A DNA stretch of 57,839 nucleotides from a virus (taxonomy: Duplodnaviria > Caudoviricetes), in IMG/VR virus record IMGVR_UViG_3300042569_000835, positions 1 to 57,839 of that record; one strand, given 5' to 3'. This document shows positions 43,089 to 54,600 of the stretch, in pieces. The notes under the pieces are model-generated. The model saw only the letters and a program-made list of their open reading frames with translations. It was not told the DNA's origin and made no database searches. Numbering within the stretch: position 1 is the stretch's first letter; each line of letters opens with the position of its first letter. Made by a program: the position numbers and the translations under genes.

Positions 43089-44172
43089 ATGCCAGAACCG
43101 TTTGTAGCACAGCTTGGTAGGATCAGTGGAAAACTATTAACTGAAAATCTATTAAGAAACGGCGTCGACCTAACTTTTAGAAATGCTCCAACAGATGCTG
43201 ACCTATTATATCTAGATGTTAATAATTCTAGAATAGGTATTAATTCTAATCCACCTGACTACGATTTAGACGTTGTAGGGGACTCTAGGGTTAGTAGCAG
43301 TGTCATAGTAAACGGTACACAAGCAGAAGTAGATAATTTAATTTTCTACACTTCCGGAACTATAGGTACCACTGTGGGGCCTATAATTATAGAACCTAAC
43401 GGTGCAGATGCTTATGTACAGTATGGTAAAATATTAACACCTGATTAAAGACAACTATATTAGGGGTGTTGCTACTAATGCTGATATTACTCTAGACGCT
43501 GCTGGCACTGGTAAAGTTGACATATTATCTAGTACAGACATTGCAGGCAATCTAGCTGTTAATGGAAATATTTCTGCAACCGGAGAAGTAAGATTAGACG
43601 GACAGTTTATAGTTGGCGATAGCCCATTAGACACGATTACTATTGCTCCTGATTTTACACAAAGTATTATTCCAGGCTTAGACGGAACATACGACTTAGG
43701 TAAAAACGATAAGCGTTGGAGCGAATTGCATCTTTATGATTTAAATGGTGTTGACTTAGTTGATACTCAAAATCTGTTTATCAGCGATCAATTGAAATTT
43801 ACTGCTAATACAATATCAACAATTCAAAGCAATGATAATCTAGTTGTTGACTCCGCTACTGGTACAATAAGAATAGAAAATATTTCAATAAATGCGGGAG
43901 TAATAAACAATTTCAATAACACTCCTATAACTATTAGTCATACAGGCACCGGCTACCTACAAATCAATGATACAAATGCCTTTAGGATTCCGTTTGGTGA
44001 TATATCGGAACGTACTCCTGTTGAAGTGGGAGCCACCCGGTGGAACAGCGAAATAGGCTACATGGAATGTTTTGACGGCTCAATTTGGCAAGTGGCTACT
44101 GGTGGTGGTATTGTTATCACTGCACCTATCATGGAAGAACTTGGCCATGTTTACACACTGATCTTCGGCTAA
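43089..44172 (+). pseudogene. Fibre protein gene broken by a +1 frame change at ~43444 (paralogue of 44307-45359)
   Basis: ORF 43089-43448 ends at CCT GAT TAA. The +1 frame from 43444 (IKDNYIRGV...GNLAVNGNISATG...) runs into track ORF 43726-44172. The joined ~360 aa align end to end with the 350-aa paralogue. Confidence 0.8.
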
Positions 44173-44185
44173 TTAGCCAATATGA

Positions 44186-44192
44186 CTAAATA
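44186..44192 (+). promoter_or_regulatory. Late promoter (CTAAATA)
   Basis: TAAATA core ahead of a ~110-nt leader. Confidence 0.65.
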
Positions 44193-44199
44193 CTAGTAA

Positions 44200-44292
44200 T
44201 TGCAGCGAACGACCAATTTGCTGCAGGATTCGACTGTGGTAAACCAGCAGAGAGCGCAAGCTGAAAATTTGGTTATCGGTGAAACACCGGGT
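44200..44292 (+). promoter_or_regulatory. Candidate cis-regulatory RNA in a late 5' UTR
   Basis: Four hairpins (44201-44225, 44237-44246, 44253-44262 with GCAA loop, 44276-44290) with alternative pairings, ending just before AGGAG. Confidence 0.6.
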
Positions 44293-44306
44293 ATTTAGGA
44301 GAGCAG

Positions 44307-45359
44307 ATGGCTATTGGTCGCATTTCTGGTCCGCTCTTAAAGTCGAATTTGATTCGTGATGGAGTCAATTTAGCCTTTGAGACGAACCTTCTTTATCTTG
44401 ACGTTAATAACGCTCGAATCGGTATCAACACGGCTACTCCTCAATACCAATTAGACGTAGTAGGCACAGCAAGAACTACAAACCTAGAAGTTCTAAATCA
44501 ATTAGACGTTGGCAATTTTACTCTTACTGGCAACACAATTTCCAGTAATCTTCCAACCATTAGCTTTATAGCATCCGGCGGCGAAGCAACAGCCTACCAT
44601 TCTAGACTAACAGTCAACGATATAGAAATACACGGTAATAAGATTTCTACCACTGTATCTAATTCAAACTTAGAATTAGATCCTAGCGGAACTGGAAAAG
44701 TTGATATTCAAAGCGCCACTGATATTTTAGGTAATCTAGCAGTTAACGGAAATATTTCTGCAACAGGCAATATCACAATAGGTGGAAATCTCATAATCGG
44801 CGACGCATTATCAGACACTATTACAATCAATGCCAGTATTCGAAGCGATCTAATTCCAGAAACAAACAATTCCTATGATCTTGGATCAGCAGGATACAAA
44901 TGGCAAGCAGTTTATGCTCAAGGAGTTTTTGCCGACAGTCTGAGTCTAAGTTCCTTTGATATCGGCAATATACGTTTAGAAAACAATTCTATTACTACTA
45001 CGTCGAGCAGCGATCTAGTACTTGATCCTAGTGGATCTGGTGCAGTAGTTATTGGCAACTTCCGCATACGTGATAATACAATTACCAACTTTGTCAGCGA
45101 CAGCATAACAGAAATCGCACAAACAGGTACTGGCTATTTGAAAATAGCTGGAACTAACGCCTTTGTTGTCCCACGCGGAACAACCGGCGAACGCCCAACT
45201 GCGTATGCAGTTGAAGGCATGACTCGATACAACATAGATTCAAAAGCCTTAGAAATTTGGGACGGACTTCAATGGTCAAGTCCTGCAGGTACAATTGGTG
45301 CTGTTTCAGAAAGCACAGCCAACGACATTGCAATTAGATTTGCATTGACACTAGGATAA
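44307..45359 (+). CDS. Virion fibre protein
   Basis: LLYLDVNNARIGINT..P...LDVVG, repeated LxLDPSGxG units, SYDLGS and VPRGTTGERP...RYN motifs. Confidence 0.75.
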   Translation: MAIGRISGPLLKSNLIRDGVNLAFETNLLYLDVNNARIGINTATPQYQLDVVGTARTTNLEVLNQLDVGNFTLTGNTISSNLPTISFIASGGEATAYHSRLTVNDIEIHGNKISTTVSNSNLELDPSGTGKVDIQSATDILGNLAVNGNISATGNITIGGNLIIGDALSDTITINASIRSDLIPETNNSYDLGSAGYKWQAVYAQGVFADSLSLSSFDIGNIRLENNSITTTSSSDLVLDPSGSGAVVIGNFRIRDNTITNFVSDSITEIAQTGTGYLKIAGTNAFVVPRGTTGERPTAYAVEGMTRYNIDSKALEIWDGLQWSSPAGTIGAVSESTANDIAIRFALTLG

Positions 45360-45363
45360 TATA

Positions 45364-45696
45364 ATGCCAACCACATTTAAACACGCAGTCAACGCAGGAA
45401 TAGGAACAACACCAGTAGACGTCCTGCAGATTCCAGTAGGATTTAGAGCAACCGTTATTGGTTGCAATCTAGCAAACTCAACAGAATACGACACAGTTAA
45501 TGTTGATGTATTTGTAGTCAGCGACGATAGTACCCCTGCATACTATGTTAGGGGATTAACTATCCCGCCACAATCGGCAGTGAAAATTATTACCAACGGT
45601 GAAAAATTAATTTTACCAGAAACATCGGGATTGCGTATTGTAAGCGATACTGCAAATAGTGTTGATACTGTTGTAAGTTATGTTGAATTATCATAA
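45364..45696 (+). CDS. Small beta-rich virion protein
   Basis: 110-aa ORF with ribosome-binding site; paralogue of 42190-42573. Confidence 0.7.
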   Translation: MPTTFKHAVNAGIGTTPVDVLQIPVGFRATVIGCNLANSTEYDTVNVDVFVVSDDSTPAYYVRGLTIPPQSAVKIITNGEKLILPETSGLRIVSDTANSVDTVVSYVELS

Positions 45697-45706
45697 GGAA
45701 TAAATC

Positions 45707-46078
45707 ATGGCAAACAGCAATTATTATCTAGGACAGGATCCCGACAGTAGATTAGGCGCTACTCCAAGATTTTTCTACGGACTTAGAAAAAATGAAAACG
45801 GTAGTTTATTTTTAGAACGTAGCGATCAAACAAAAGGCACTGATACAATTCAGTTAAATAGTCCGGGATTAGAAACAGAGAACTATACAGACTTTGAAGT
45901 TGGAGTTGATTTTTTCGAAGGAATTGATGTAAACCATAATCCGGTTTATGACAATCTTAGATATCAACAGTATAGATGGGATGATAGAGCATTGTTCTAT
46001 TACATCAACGACGAAGGTGAATTGGTAGTTAGAATAAACAACGGTTATACCTACGACAACGGTTCATCAGAGGGTTAA
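45707..46078 (+). CDS. Hypothetical structural protein
   Basis: 123-aa ORF with AAGGA site, within the fibre operon. Confidence 0.65.
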   Translation: MANSNYYLGQDPDSRLGATPRFFYGLRKNENGSLFLERSDQTKGTDTIQLNSPGLETENYTDFEVGVDFFEGIDVNHNPVYDNLRYQQYRWDDRALFYYINDEGELVVRINNGYTYDNGSSEG

Positions 46079-46086
46079 TTTAGATC

Positions 46087-49000
46087 ATGGCAGAATTTAA
46101 ACTTAGTAGATTCAGATACACGTGGCACGGCGAGTGGTCTGCAAACACCAGATATAATCCTGACTATATTGTCAGCTTTGGCGGAAAGGTATACGTCAGT
46201 TTAGAAACACATACTTCAAATGCAGATTTCTATGCTGATTTAGAATACTTAAACAACGACACTCCACCATTATTAGTTCCTAAGTGGGAACTAGTTGCAG
46301 ACGGTGTTAGTTGGAAAGGCGATTGGGCCAATAGTACATATTATGTTCTAGGCGATAGTGTAAAATACGGCGGCACAGTTTATCTTTGCGTCAATGATCA
46401 TATTTCTAGTCCTGCTGAAATTTTAGATGCTAACGGAAACGTTATTTCTAATCCAGGCCTAGCAGCATTTGGCCTTGACGAAATACACTGGACTATCCAA
46501 GTTTCTTCCAAAGATTGGAAAATTGAGTGGACACCAGCGACCTATTACAAACTCAACGATATTGTGAGATATGGCGGAAGAGTTTATCGTTGCAATCAGT
46601 CTCATTTAGCGGCAGGCGATTCTGCCACCGGCCTAGAAGGAACTCAAAGTTCTTGGGATATCGTATCTATAGCCGACGACTGGAAAGGCTCGTGGGCAAC
46701 ATCAACTCGCTACAAGGTAAATGACCTAGTAAAATACGGCGGAAATGTCTACAAGTGTGAAATAGCACATACTTCTTCTTCTACAGAAACAACAGGACTA
46801 CCAGCAGACCAAGGCAAATGGTCATCATTGCATGTAGGAGTTGAGTATAAAGGAGACTGGACCGGCCTTACAATTTACAAACAAAACGACGTTGTAAAAT
46901 ATGGATCTTACACTTATGTTTCTTTAGGTTTCCATATAGCCGTTGATACCTTTGATTCCAGCTTATGGACTGTCTACTGTCCAGGAAATGAATATGATGT
47001 TGCATGGACAACAACAACAGTCTATCAAACCGGCGACATCGTGCAATACGGCGGAAATCTATATGCCGCACTTGAATTAAATGCAGGACAAAACCCAGTA
47101 ACAGCAGTATCATCATGGAAACTTTTATTTGAGAATTCTAGAATTAGAGGCGATTGGAATCAAATTATTGATTACAAAATTGGCGATGTAGTTAGACGTG
47201 GCGGCAATGTTTATCTTGCCCATAAAGATAGCACCAATCAGGACCCCGATATTACCAACGACGGTAGCACAACCAACGAAGAATATTGGGATCTAGTTAT
47301 TCCGGGCATTCGTTGGAGAGGTGTTTGGTCTCCGGGCGAAATTTACGTATCAGGTGATACTGTAGTTTGGATTTCTAGTTCTTACAAATGTGTAGACAAA
47401 CATTTCTCAGATAACGGTAATAGACCAGATGATGACGGCGCAGATAGCAGCCTTGTGGGCAGATACTGGGAAAAACTTACAGACGGTAATAGAATTAACC
47501 GATTAAAAAATATCGGAGATATTAGAACATTCGGTCCTACAGAAGACGGCAGTACTGTTGGATTTAAAGCATTAGAAATAGACGATCAAGGATTGGCACT
47601 GGCCAGCTTGACCGGCGAACCCGCTTGGGATCCGTTAATGTCCACTGACAAAGTTTACTTTGTTGCAGAATTTGGAGTAGATCTCCCCACAGCAGGCACT
47701 AGCCCACAGAGTCCTTGGAGAACAGTTAGATACGCCTGTGAAAATATTACAGGTTATGCAACCATTTATGTAAGAACCGGAGTCTATGATGAAATTCTAC
47801 CAATTCGAGTTCCTGCTTTTGTGGCAATCGTTGGCGACGAATTACGTAGTACAGTTATTCAACCAAGCAATACTGTATTGACTAGTGATTATATTACAAG
47901 ACTTTTAGCTGCAACAGATTACATAAAAGACATTTTAGAATTTGTATTAAAAGAACTACCAATAGGCAACGAAACACTTGCACCAGATACTGTGTTGTAC
48001 GGTATCATACCACAAGATTTTTCAGGAACTCCGGCAACCAACGAAGAAGTATTAATAACTACTTCGTTATTAAATCAGCTTGCCACTAGAATAACCACAG
48101 CCAATGCCACTTCTGTAAATGGTACTAATACAATAACTCTTGATGCTGCTAGATTAGCGGCTCGTGATCAAATAATTGCAAATAGAGCATTTATTAAAAA
48201 CGAAGCCACACTATATGTGGATCTCGAATACAATGATTCTGCAGGAGCATTAGGTTCTGAATCTCCTAGATGGTCAACAGATCTAGATAGAATTTTAGAT
48301 GCTATATTATACGATATCGCCTATGTAGGAAACTACAAAACCATCGAAGCAGCCAATTATTTCTTGTGCGCCAGTGATTACGATCAAAACAAAATCCAAA
48401 ACATGTTTTTGTTAAGAGACGGTACTGGATTGAGAAACTTTACTCTAAGAGGATTATCGGGAACATTAGGAGCCATCAATCAATATGGTACTCGTCGTCC
48501 TACAGCAGGCGCCTATGCCAGTCTAGATCCAGGATGGGGAGTAGGCGATACTGATGCATGGGTTGGAACTAAGTCGCCTTATATTCAAAACGTATCTACA
48601 TTTGGTACAGGTTGTGTAGGTTTAAAAATTGATGGCAACTTACATGCTGGTGGAAATCAAACTATTGTCTGCAACGACTTTACACAGATTTTATCAGACG
48701 GTATCGGAGTTTGGGCCAATGGCACAGGCCGTACAGAGTGCGTTTCAATCTTTACCTATTACAATCATATCGGTTATCTATCTACAACAGGTGGAAAAAT
48801 TCGAGGTACTAACGGAAACTGTTCTTATGGAACATACGGAGCAGTATCAGAAGGCTTTAATATTGCAGAAACTCCGATTGTTGCAACAGTTAACAATAGA
48901 TATTTCGATGCAACTACCTATCAAACATTGTGTAATACTGCTGGCGGCCTATTAAAATTATTTTATACCCATGCAGGAAATAACTACACTACGGCCACAG

Positions 49001-51627
49001 CTTCAATATTAGGATCGGGTAATAGTGGAGAGTTTGTTATAGATGACATTCGAGACGGCGCAGTGTCCGAAGTTAGAATTACTAATAGGGGCGACTCTTC
49101 AGCAGACGGCGGCGGCGGCTATGTATTTGCAACTAACTCGTCTCAAGGTGGTAATAACCTATCTATTCAACTTGCCGGATCAGATGAAAATGAAGCTTCA
49201 ACCTATAGAGGTATGCGAGTAGTAGTATCTTCAGGAACCGGTGTTGGACAGTACGGTTATATTGCCGAATTTGAATTTGCAGGAAAAACAGCCTATGTTG
49301 GACTAGAAAGACAGCCCGAAGTGTCAGCGACTCAAACATTCAACGCCGCGGGCGGCAACCTAATACAACTTTCAAGTGTAGCACATCTTACTGTCGGCGA
49401 TCCTATAATATTCACAGGCACAAAATTTGGAAACATTGCTGACAACACAGTCTACTATGTAAGAACAATAAACACAGGTTTAAATAGAATTACCATAAGT
49501 GAATTGTCGGATCTTAGCACAACATTTAGTTTAATTAACGGAGTACCATTTGGAACTAATCCAGCAATGGTTGTTCACTGCATAGGATGGCAACATTTTG
49601 TTGAAGGAACTCCTATTTTAACCTCATTGGATACTTCTACAAATTACTTTGTTGAACCGAGAGTAACATTTAGTAGTCCGGGATTTTCAACAACAAACAC
49701 AACACTGCCAGCAAACAGACAATGGACTAGTATTGCGGCCAACGCCAACAGATACGTTGCAGTTGCATTAGATACCGCAGCAACAGCATATTCGGTTGAT
49801 GGACAAACTTGGCTAAACGGCTCAATGCCATCTAGTGCATTATGGACAAAGGTAAAATATGTAGGCAGTGTATTCATGGCATTTGCCACGGGCGGCCAGG
49901 CTGCACGAAGCATTGACGGTATTACATGGTCGGCAATGACCATGTCCGCTACCGCAGAGTGGAGAGATGTTGCCTACGGTTCAATTAACGGTGTCGGCAC
50001 TTGGGTGGCTGTGGCCGCAGGCGGTGTTCAAGCTGCAAAATCCACAAACGGTACCACATGGTCAGCATTTAATTTGCCAGAAGGTGCAGACTGGAATGCA
50101 ATTGAATACGGTCTAGGAAAATTTGTTACTACTGCATTGAGCGAATCCAGCGCAACTGGAGCAGCCGTTGCTTATACTTCAAACGCAACTACCTGGACAA
50201 TTGGATCTATTCCGCAAGGAAGCTATTCATTGGCCTACGGCAACAATAGATTTATTGCACTATCAGGCGGTTATGCCGGTGCAACTGAAGTGGCTACTAG
50301 CTTTGATGGAATTACTTGGACAGAAGGTGTAATTCAAGCACAAGACTGGAGATCAGTGATCTATGCTCAAGGATTATTTTTAGCAGTAGCTACCGATTCA
50401 TCAGTAGCAGCAACTTCAATCGATGGAAAACTTTGGGAATACCAATCTTTGGGAACATCCGGACCATGGTGTGCTATTGGATTTGGCAACATATCAAAAC
50501 CCGGAAAATTTATTGTGTTGGGAGGACTAACTGCCAACTCAACAGCAGGTATAATTGTTAGCACTGGAAAAACAGCTCAGGCAAGAATTCGAGTAGTATC
50601 CGGTCGTGTTTCAGGAATCAGTTTATGGGATGTGGGTAGCGGTTATACTTCTGCTCCTGTCATGGTTATTACAGATTCAAATAATAGTTCTGAGGTTTCA
50701 ACAGCAGTTAGAATTTCCAACGGTGTTCTTGGTCCACCGACAATAGTTAATGCTGGTACAGGATACGAAACACTAAGTACACGCACAACAATTACAGGCG
50801 ACGGGTACAAAGACGAATATCAAATTGGCAGCAGTTTAGTTATCAGCGGATTAGACAGATTGCCTGGTCCAGGAGATAATATTCAAATTGTTGGAATTAA
50901 CGATTATACCTATAAATTACTGACAGTTGAAATTTTAGAAGGAGCATTTCCTAACGCTACAGCTAGATTATTGATTGCTAAAGATCTAGGAAGAGAAGAA
51001 AGCCCAGAGCATGATACAGAAATTGAAATTAGACAGCAGTACAGTCAAGTTCGTTTAACTGGTCATGATTTCTTGGATGTTGGTTTGGGGAATTTTGAAC
51101 AGACAAATTATCCAAATACACTATTTCCAAATGGCACTGTTCTAGCACCTGAAGATGAAATTAGAGAACGTGATGGCGGTCGTGTGTTCTACACATCAAC
51201 TGACCAAGACGGTAATTTCCGAGTCGGAGAATTATTTGCAGTTGAACAGTCAACGGGTATTGTTACTCTAAATGCACAGTTCTTCCAATTAGAGGGTCTT
51301 GAAGAATTAAGATTGGGCGGCGTAACTGTTGGCGGATCGGGAGTTGTTGTTCGTGAATTTTCAACAGACAATACATTTACTGCTGATTCAAACAACATTA
51401 TACCAACACAAAAAGCAATTAAAGGATATCTACAAAGACGAGTATCTGGCGGCGGCGCTGATGCAATAACCGGTCAGCTTACAGCAGGTATTGTTAGAGT
51501 AGGACCCGATACTATAACAACAACCACAGGCGACGAATTGATTTTTACAAGTAAGGTATCATTTAACGGTGGGATTGATGGAACTTGGTTGGCATTAAAT
51601 TATTTTACTTCCTCTGGGAGCTTTTAA
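46087..51627 (+). CDS. Large multidomain fibre/adhesin (CBM5/12-like repeats, pectin-lyase-like beta-helix, BNR-like propeller)
   Basis: Repeated WxGxW...Y...DxVxYGGxxY units; PWRTVRYAC...GVYDEILPI...IVGDELRS beta-helix start; repeated SxDGxTW Asp-boxes. Confidence 0.8.
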   Translation: MAEFKLSRFRYTWHGEWSANTRYNPDYIVSFGGKVYVSLETHTSNADFYADLEYLNNDTPPLLVPKWELVADGVSWKGDWANSTYYVLGDSVKYGGTVYLCVNDHISSPAEILDANGNVISNPGLAAFGLDEIHWTIQVSSKDWKIEWTPATYYKLNDIVRYGGRVYRCNQSHLAAGDSATGLEGTQSSWDIVSIADDWKGSWATSTRYKVNDLVKYGGNVYKCEIAHTSSSTETTGLPADQGKWSSLHVGVEYKGDWTGLTIYKQNDVVKYGSYTYVSLGFHIAVDTFDSSLWTVYCPGNEYDVAWTTTTVYQTGDIVQYGGNLYAALELNAGQNPVTAVSSWKLLFENSRIRGDWNQIIDYKIGDVVRRGGNVYLAHKDSTNQDPDITNDGSTTNEEYWDLVIPGIRWRGVWSPGEIYVSGDTVVWISSSYKCVDKHFSDNGNRPDDDGADSSLVGRYWEKLTDGNRINRLKNIGDIRTFGPTEDGSTVGFKALEIDDQGLALASLTGEPAWDPLMSTDKVYFVAEFGVDLPTAGTSPQSPWRTVRYACENITGYATIYVRTGVYDEILPIRVPAFVAIVGDELRSTVIQPSNTVLTSDYITRLLAATDYIKDILEFVLKELPIGNETLAPDTVLYGIIPQDFSGTPATNEEVLITTSLLNQLATRITTANATSVNGTNTITLDAARLAARDQIIANRAFIKNEATLYVDLEYNDSAGALGSESPRWSTDLDRILDAILYDIAYVGNYKTIEAANYFLCASDYDQNKIQNMFLLRDGTGLRNFTLRGLSGTLGAINQYGTRRPTAGAYASLDPGWGVGDTDAWVGTKSPYIQNVSTFGTGCVGLKIDGNLHAGGNQTIVCNDFTQILSDGIGVWANGTGRTECVSIFTYYNHIGYLSTTGGKIRGTNGNCSYGTYGAVSEGFNIAETPIVATVNNRYFDATTYQTLCNTAGGLLKLFYTHAGNNYTTATASILGSGNSGEFVIDDIRDGAVSEVRITNRGDSSADGGGGYVFATNSSQGGNNLSIQLAGSDENEASTYRGMRVVVSSGTGVGQYGYIAEFEFAGKTAYVGLERQPEVSATQTFNAAGGNLIQLSSVAHLTVGDPIIFTGTKFGNIADNTVYYVRTINTGLNRITISELSDLSTTFSLINGVPFGTNPAMVVHCIGWQHFVEGTPILTSLDTSTNYFVEPRVTFSSPGFSTTNTTLPANRQWTSIAANANRYVAVALDTAATAYSVDGQTWLNGSMPSSALWTKVKYVGSVFMAFATGGQAARSIDGITWSAMTMSATAEWRDVAYGSINGVGTWVAVAAGGVQAAKSTNGTTWSAFNLPEGADWNAIEYGLGKFVTTALSESSATGAAVAYTSNATTWTIGSIPQGSYSLAYGNNRFIALSGGYAGATEVATSFDGITWTEGVIQAQDWRSVIYAQGLFLAVATDSSVAATSIDGKLWEYQSLGTSGPWCAIGFGNISKPGKFIVLGGLTANSTAGIIVSTGKTAQARIRVVSGRVSGISLWDVGSGYTSAPVMVITDSNNSSEVSTAVRISNGVLGPPTIVNAGTGYETLSTRTTITGDGYKDEYQIGSSLVISGLDRLPGPGDNIQIVGINDYTYKLLTVEILEGAFPNATARLLIAKDLGREESPEHDTEIEIRQQYSQVRLTGHDFLDVGLGNFEQTNYPNTLFPNGTVLAPEDEIRERDGGRVFYTSTDQDGNFRVGELFAVEQSTGIVTLNAQFFQLEGLEELRLGGVTVGGSGVVVREFSTDNTFTADSNNIIPTQKAIKGYLQRRVSGGGADAITGQLTAGIVRVGPDTITTTTGDELIFTSKVSFNGGIDGTWLALNYFTSSGSF

Positions 51628-51645
51628 TGTTGATTAAGATTTTGA

Positions 51646-51652
51646 ATAAATA
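51646..51652 (+). promoter_or_regulatory. Late promoter (ATAAATA)
   Basis: Upstream of GGAG and the ATG at 51682. Confidence 0.7.
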
Positions 51653-51681
51653 TGATTTAATGCAAGAATATGGAGCTATAA

Positions 51682-54600
51682 ATGGCTGAATTTAAACTAG
51701 GTAGATTAAGATTTGTATGGAAAGACCAGTGGACAACCGGCACAACATACTACAAAGATGACATCATTGCATATGGTGGCAAAACATTCCTTTGTGTAGC
51801 AGGTCATACTGCCGCAGCGGACTTCTATACGGACTTAGACAATATTCCGACAAAGTGGAATCAGTTTAGTGATGGCCAAGATTGGAAAGGCGACTGGACT
51901 GGCACAACACTTTACAAAGTCAACGACATTGTAAAATACGGCGGATATGTATATATTTGTAATGACGGCCACACTTCGCAGTCTACTTTAGAACTGGATC
52001 AAAGCAAGTGGGACTTGTTTGCAGAATCGTTTGATTGGAAATCTTCATGGGCCACTGGAGTTGTTTACAAAGTTAACGACCTAGTCAAATATGGCGGGTT
52101 GGTTTATCTTTGCAACACTGCACATACTTCGGCAGGAACAGCCACTTTAGGATTAGAAGCTGATCAAAGCAAGTGGGATTTATTCTCAAAAGGCATTGAT
52201 TGGAAAGGCGCTTGGGCCACTAGCACACGCTACAAGGTAGGTGATGTTGTAAAATACGGCGGCACTACCTATGTATGTAATCTATATCATACATCACAGG
52301 CAACAGCCGCACTTGGTCTAGAACCTGATCAAGCAAAATGGGACTATTTCAACCAAGGAGTTGAATACAAAGGCAATTGGACCACTGCCACTAGATATAA
52401 AATTAATGATATAGTTAAAAGCGGTGGCGGCGTCTATATCTGTATCGTTAGCCATACAGCTGATGCTGCATTTCCTACAGACTACACAGGTGGAAAGTGG
52501 AATCAGTTTGTAGAAGGCGTTGAATTTGAAGGCGAATGGTTATCAGGAACTACCTATCAGCCAGGCGATATCGTACGCTACGGCGGAAACAGCTATATTT
52601 CTAAGACTGCACACATAGCAGCAGGCGGATTTACACCATCTACTAATACCACAGATTGGGATTTGTTTGCAACAGGTTTTAGATTTGCTGGAGCATGGAA
52701 CTCGGGAACAACCTATAAGGTTGGAGAAATTGTACGCAATCAAGGATATACCTACGTTGCAACTGCTGACGGTCAAAATTTTCAACCGCCTAACGCATCT
52801 TACTGGGAATTGTTGAATCAAGGTATTGATTGGACAGGCGATTGGGCCTCATTAACATCTTATGTACTAGGAGATGCTGTTAAATTTGGACCAAACAGTT
52901 ATATTACTGTACAGGCACATACCTCAACTGCTAGCGGATTAGATCGTCCTGATAACGATATTACGGGCACATATTGGAATTTGTTAACCGCTGGTAATGA
53001 AGAATCAGTGCTAACAACAACCGGCGACCTAGTATACTATTCAGGTGGCGGCCCAACAAGACTACCAGTAGGAGACGAAGGTCAAGTACTTACAGTTGAA
53101 AATGGACTACCAGCATGGAACTATTTTGGTCAAGTGGCCAAGGTATTTTATGTTGCGCCACACGGAATTAATACTCCTGCCCCAACATACGGTTTAACTA
53201 TTGACAAACCGTGGGCCAGTGTAAGATATGCCTGTGAACAAATTACCAACGGTACTGAATATCCTAATGCAGCCTATTTGTTAAAACAAAATAGAACATT
53301 TATTCAGAAAGAAATTGTTGAGTGGGTTAACTATCAAATTACCTACTATACAACTACAGTACCAACACCGTCTAGTATCTGGTACAATTTTACCAACGAC
53401 AGTATTTCCGCATGCCAACGAGACATGGGATTGATTGTTGATGCAATTACACACGACCTAACACATACTGGAAATGTAAAAACTCTAGAAGCTACTGAAT
53501 CTTATTTTTCAGCAGGTACACTAATTACCGCAATTTCCGATGAAGAGTTTCAATTAATTGCAGCGATCAATTACGGATTATCTTTAATCTCTAGTATTTT
53601 AGCTAATACAGCACCTGCTCAAAATTATCAAACATTAAACGGTATCGGCGCTGGTAGCAGAATCAAACAGATTATCGATGCAACTTACACAGCTGAAGCA
53701 ACAGCCTATGCACAATGCGAGTCGTTGTTAAACATTATTACAGCAGCATTGGCAGCAGGCGTAGATACAGGACTTCCAGAGTTAGATACTCCTGGCTATA
53801 CAATTAATGTTAAGACTGGTCAATTCTATGAAGTATTGCCAATTCCTGTTCCTGCTAATACAGCTATTGTAGGCGATGAACTACGCTCAACAAGAATTAG
53901 TCCAGAAGGCAGCTTAATTGCAACCAACGACAAGGCAAAGTCAGTATCGACATTACAAAGATTGCAGTCAGTAACTGATGAGATAATTGCCAATACTGCA
54001 ATTACACCTACTACGGGAAATACTGCTACTCAATATACCACTCTACAAAAAGCTGGTAATACTGGTAGTGCAACAGCGGTAAGTTCAGTTCAGGCTAATA
54101 CAGCAGAAATTAAAGATATCGTTACAAATAATACACCAAATGCCTATGTACGCCCAACACCAACTGGTGGAACAGGCAACGCATTTACTGCCGGCTATCT
54201 TGATGCTGCTAGATTGATTAATGCTAATAGAGCATTCTTACAGTCCGAAGTTAGTGCTTGGATTAACGCACAAATTTCTGGAAACATTGCACCGTTTGTT
54301 GGATTTGTCTATGGCGGAACACAACAAACAAAGTGCGAGCGCGATGTTGGATATATTGTAGATGCATTGGTCTACGACATAACCTACGGTGGTAATCTTG
54401 CTACAGAAATTGCTGCAAGATCTTATTACAGTTTAGGATCTTTTGTAGAACCGACTATTGAAAAGGCACCAGCATTGGCAGTTCAATTGCGCATCAAAGA
54501 TATAATTGACAACATTGCTACAGGCAATACTGCTGGTTGGACAAAAACTACCGGTCTAACTCAAGATGTATCTGGTACACCGGGTAGTGCTCCTGCAGCA

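Noticed and set aside
43446-43448. Stop-codon reassignment or readthrough
   Set aside because: Continuation needs a frame change, not readthrough, and all other genes read intact in the standard bacterial code.
44167-44178. Palindrome GGCTAATTAGCC at the end of the broken fibre gene
   Set aside because: Short, no T-tract, and I saw no second copy.
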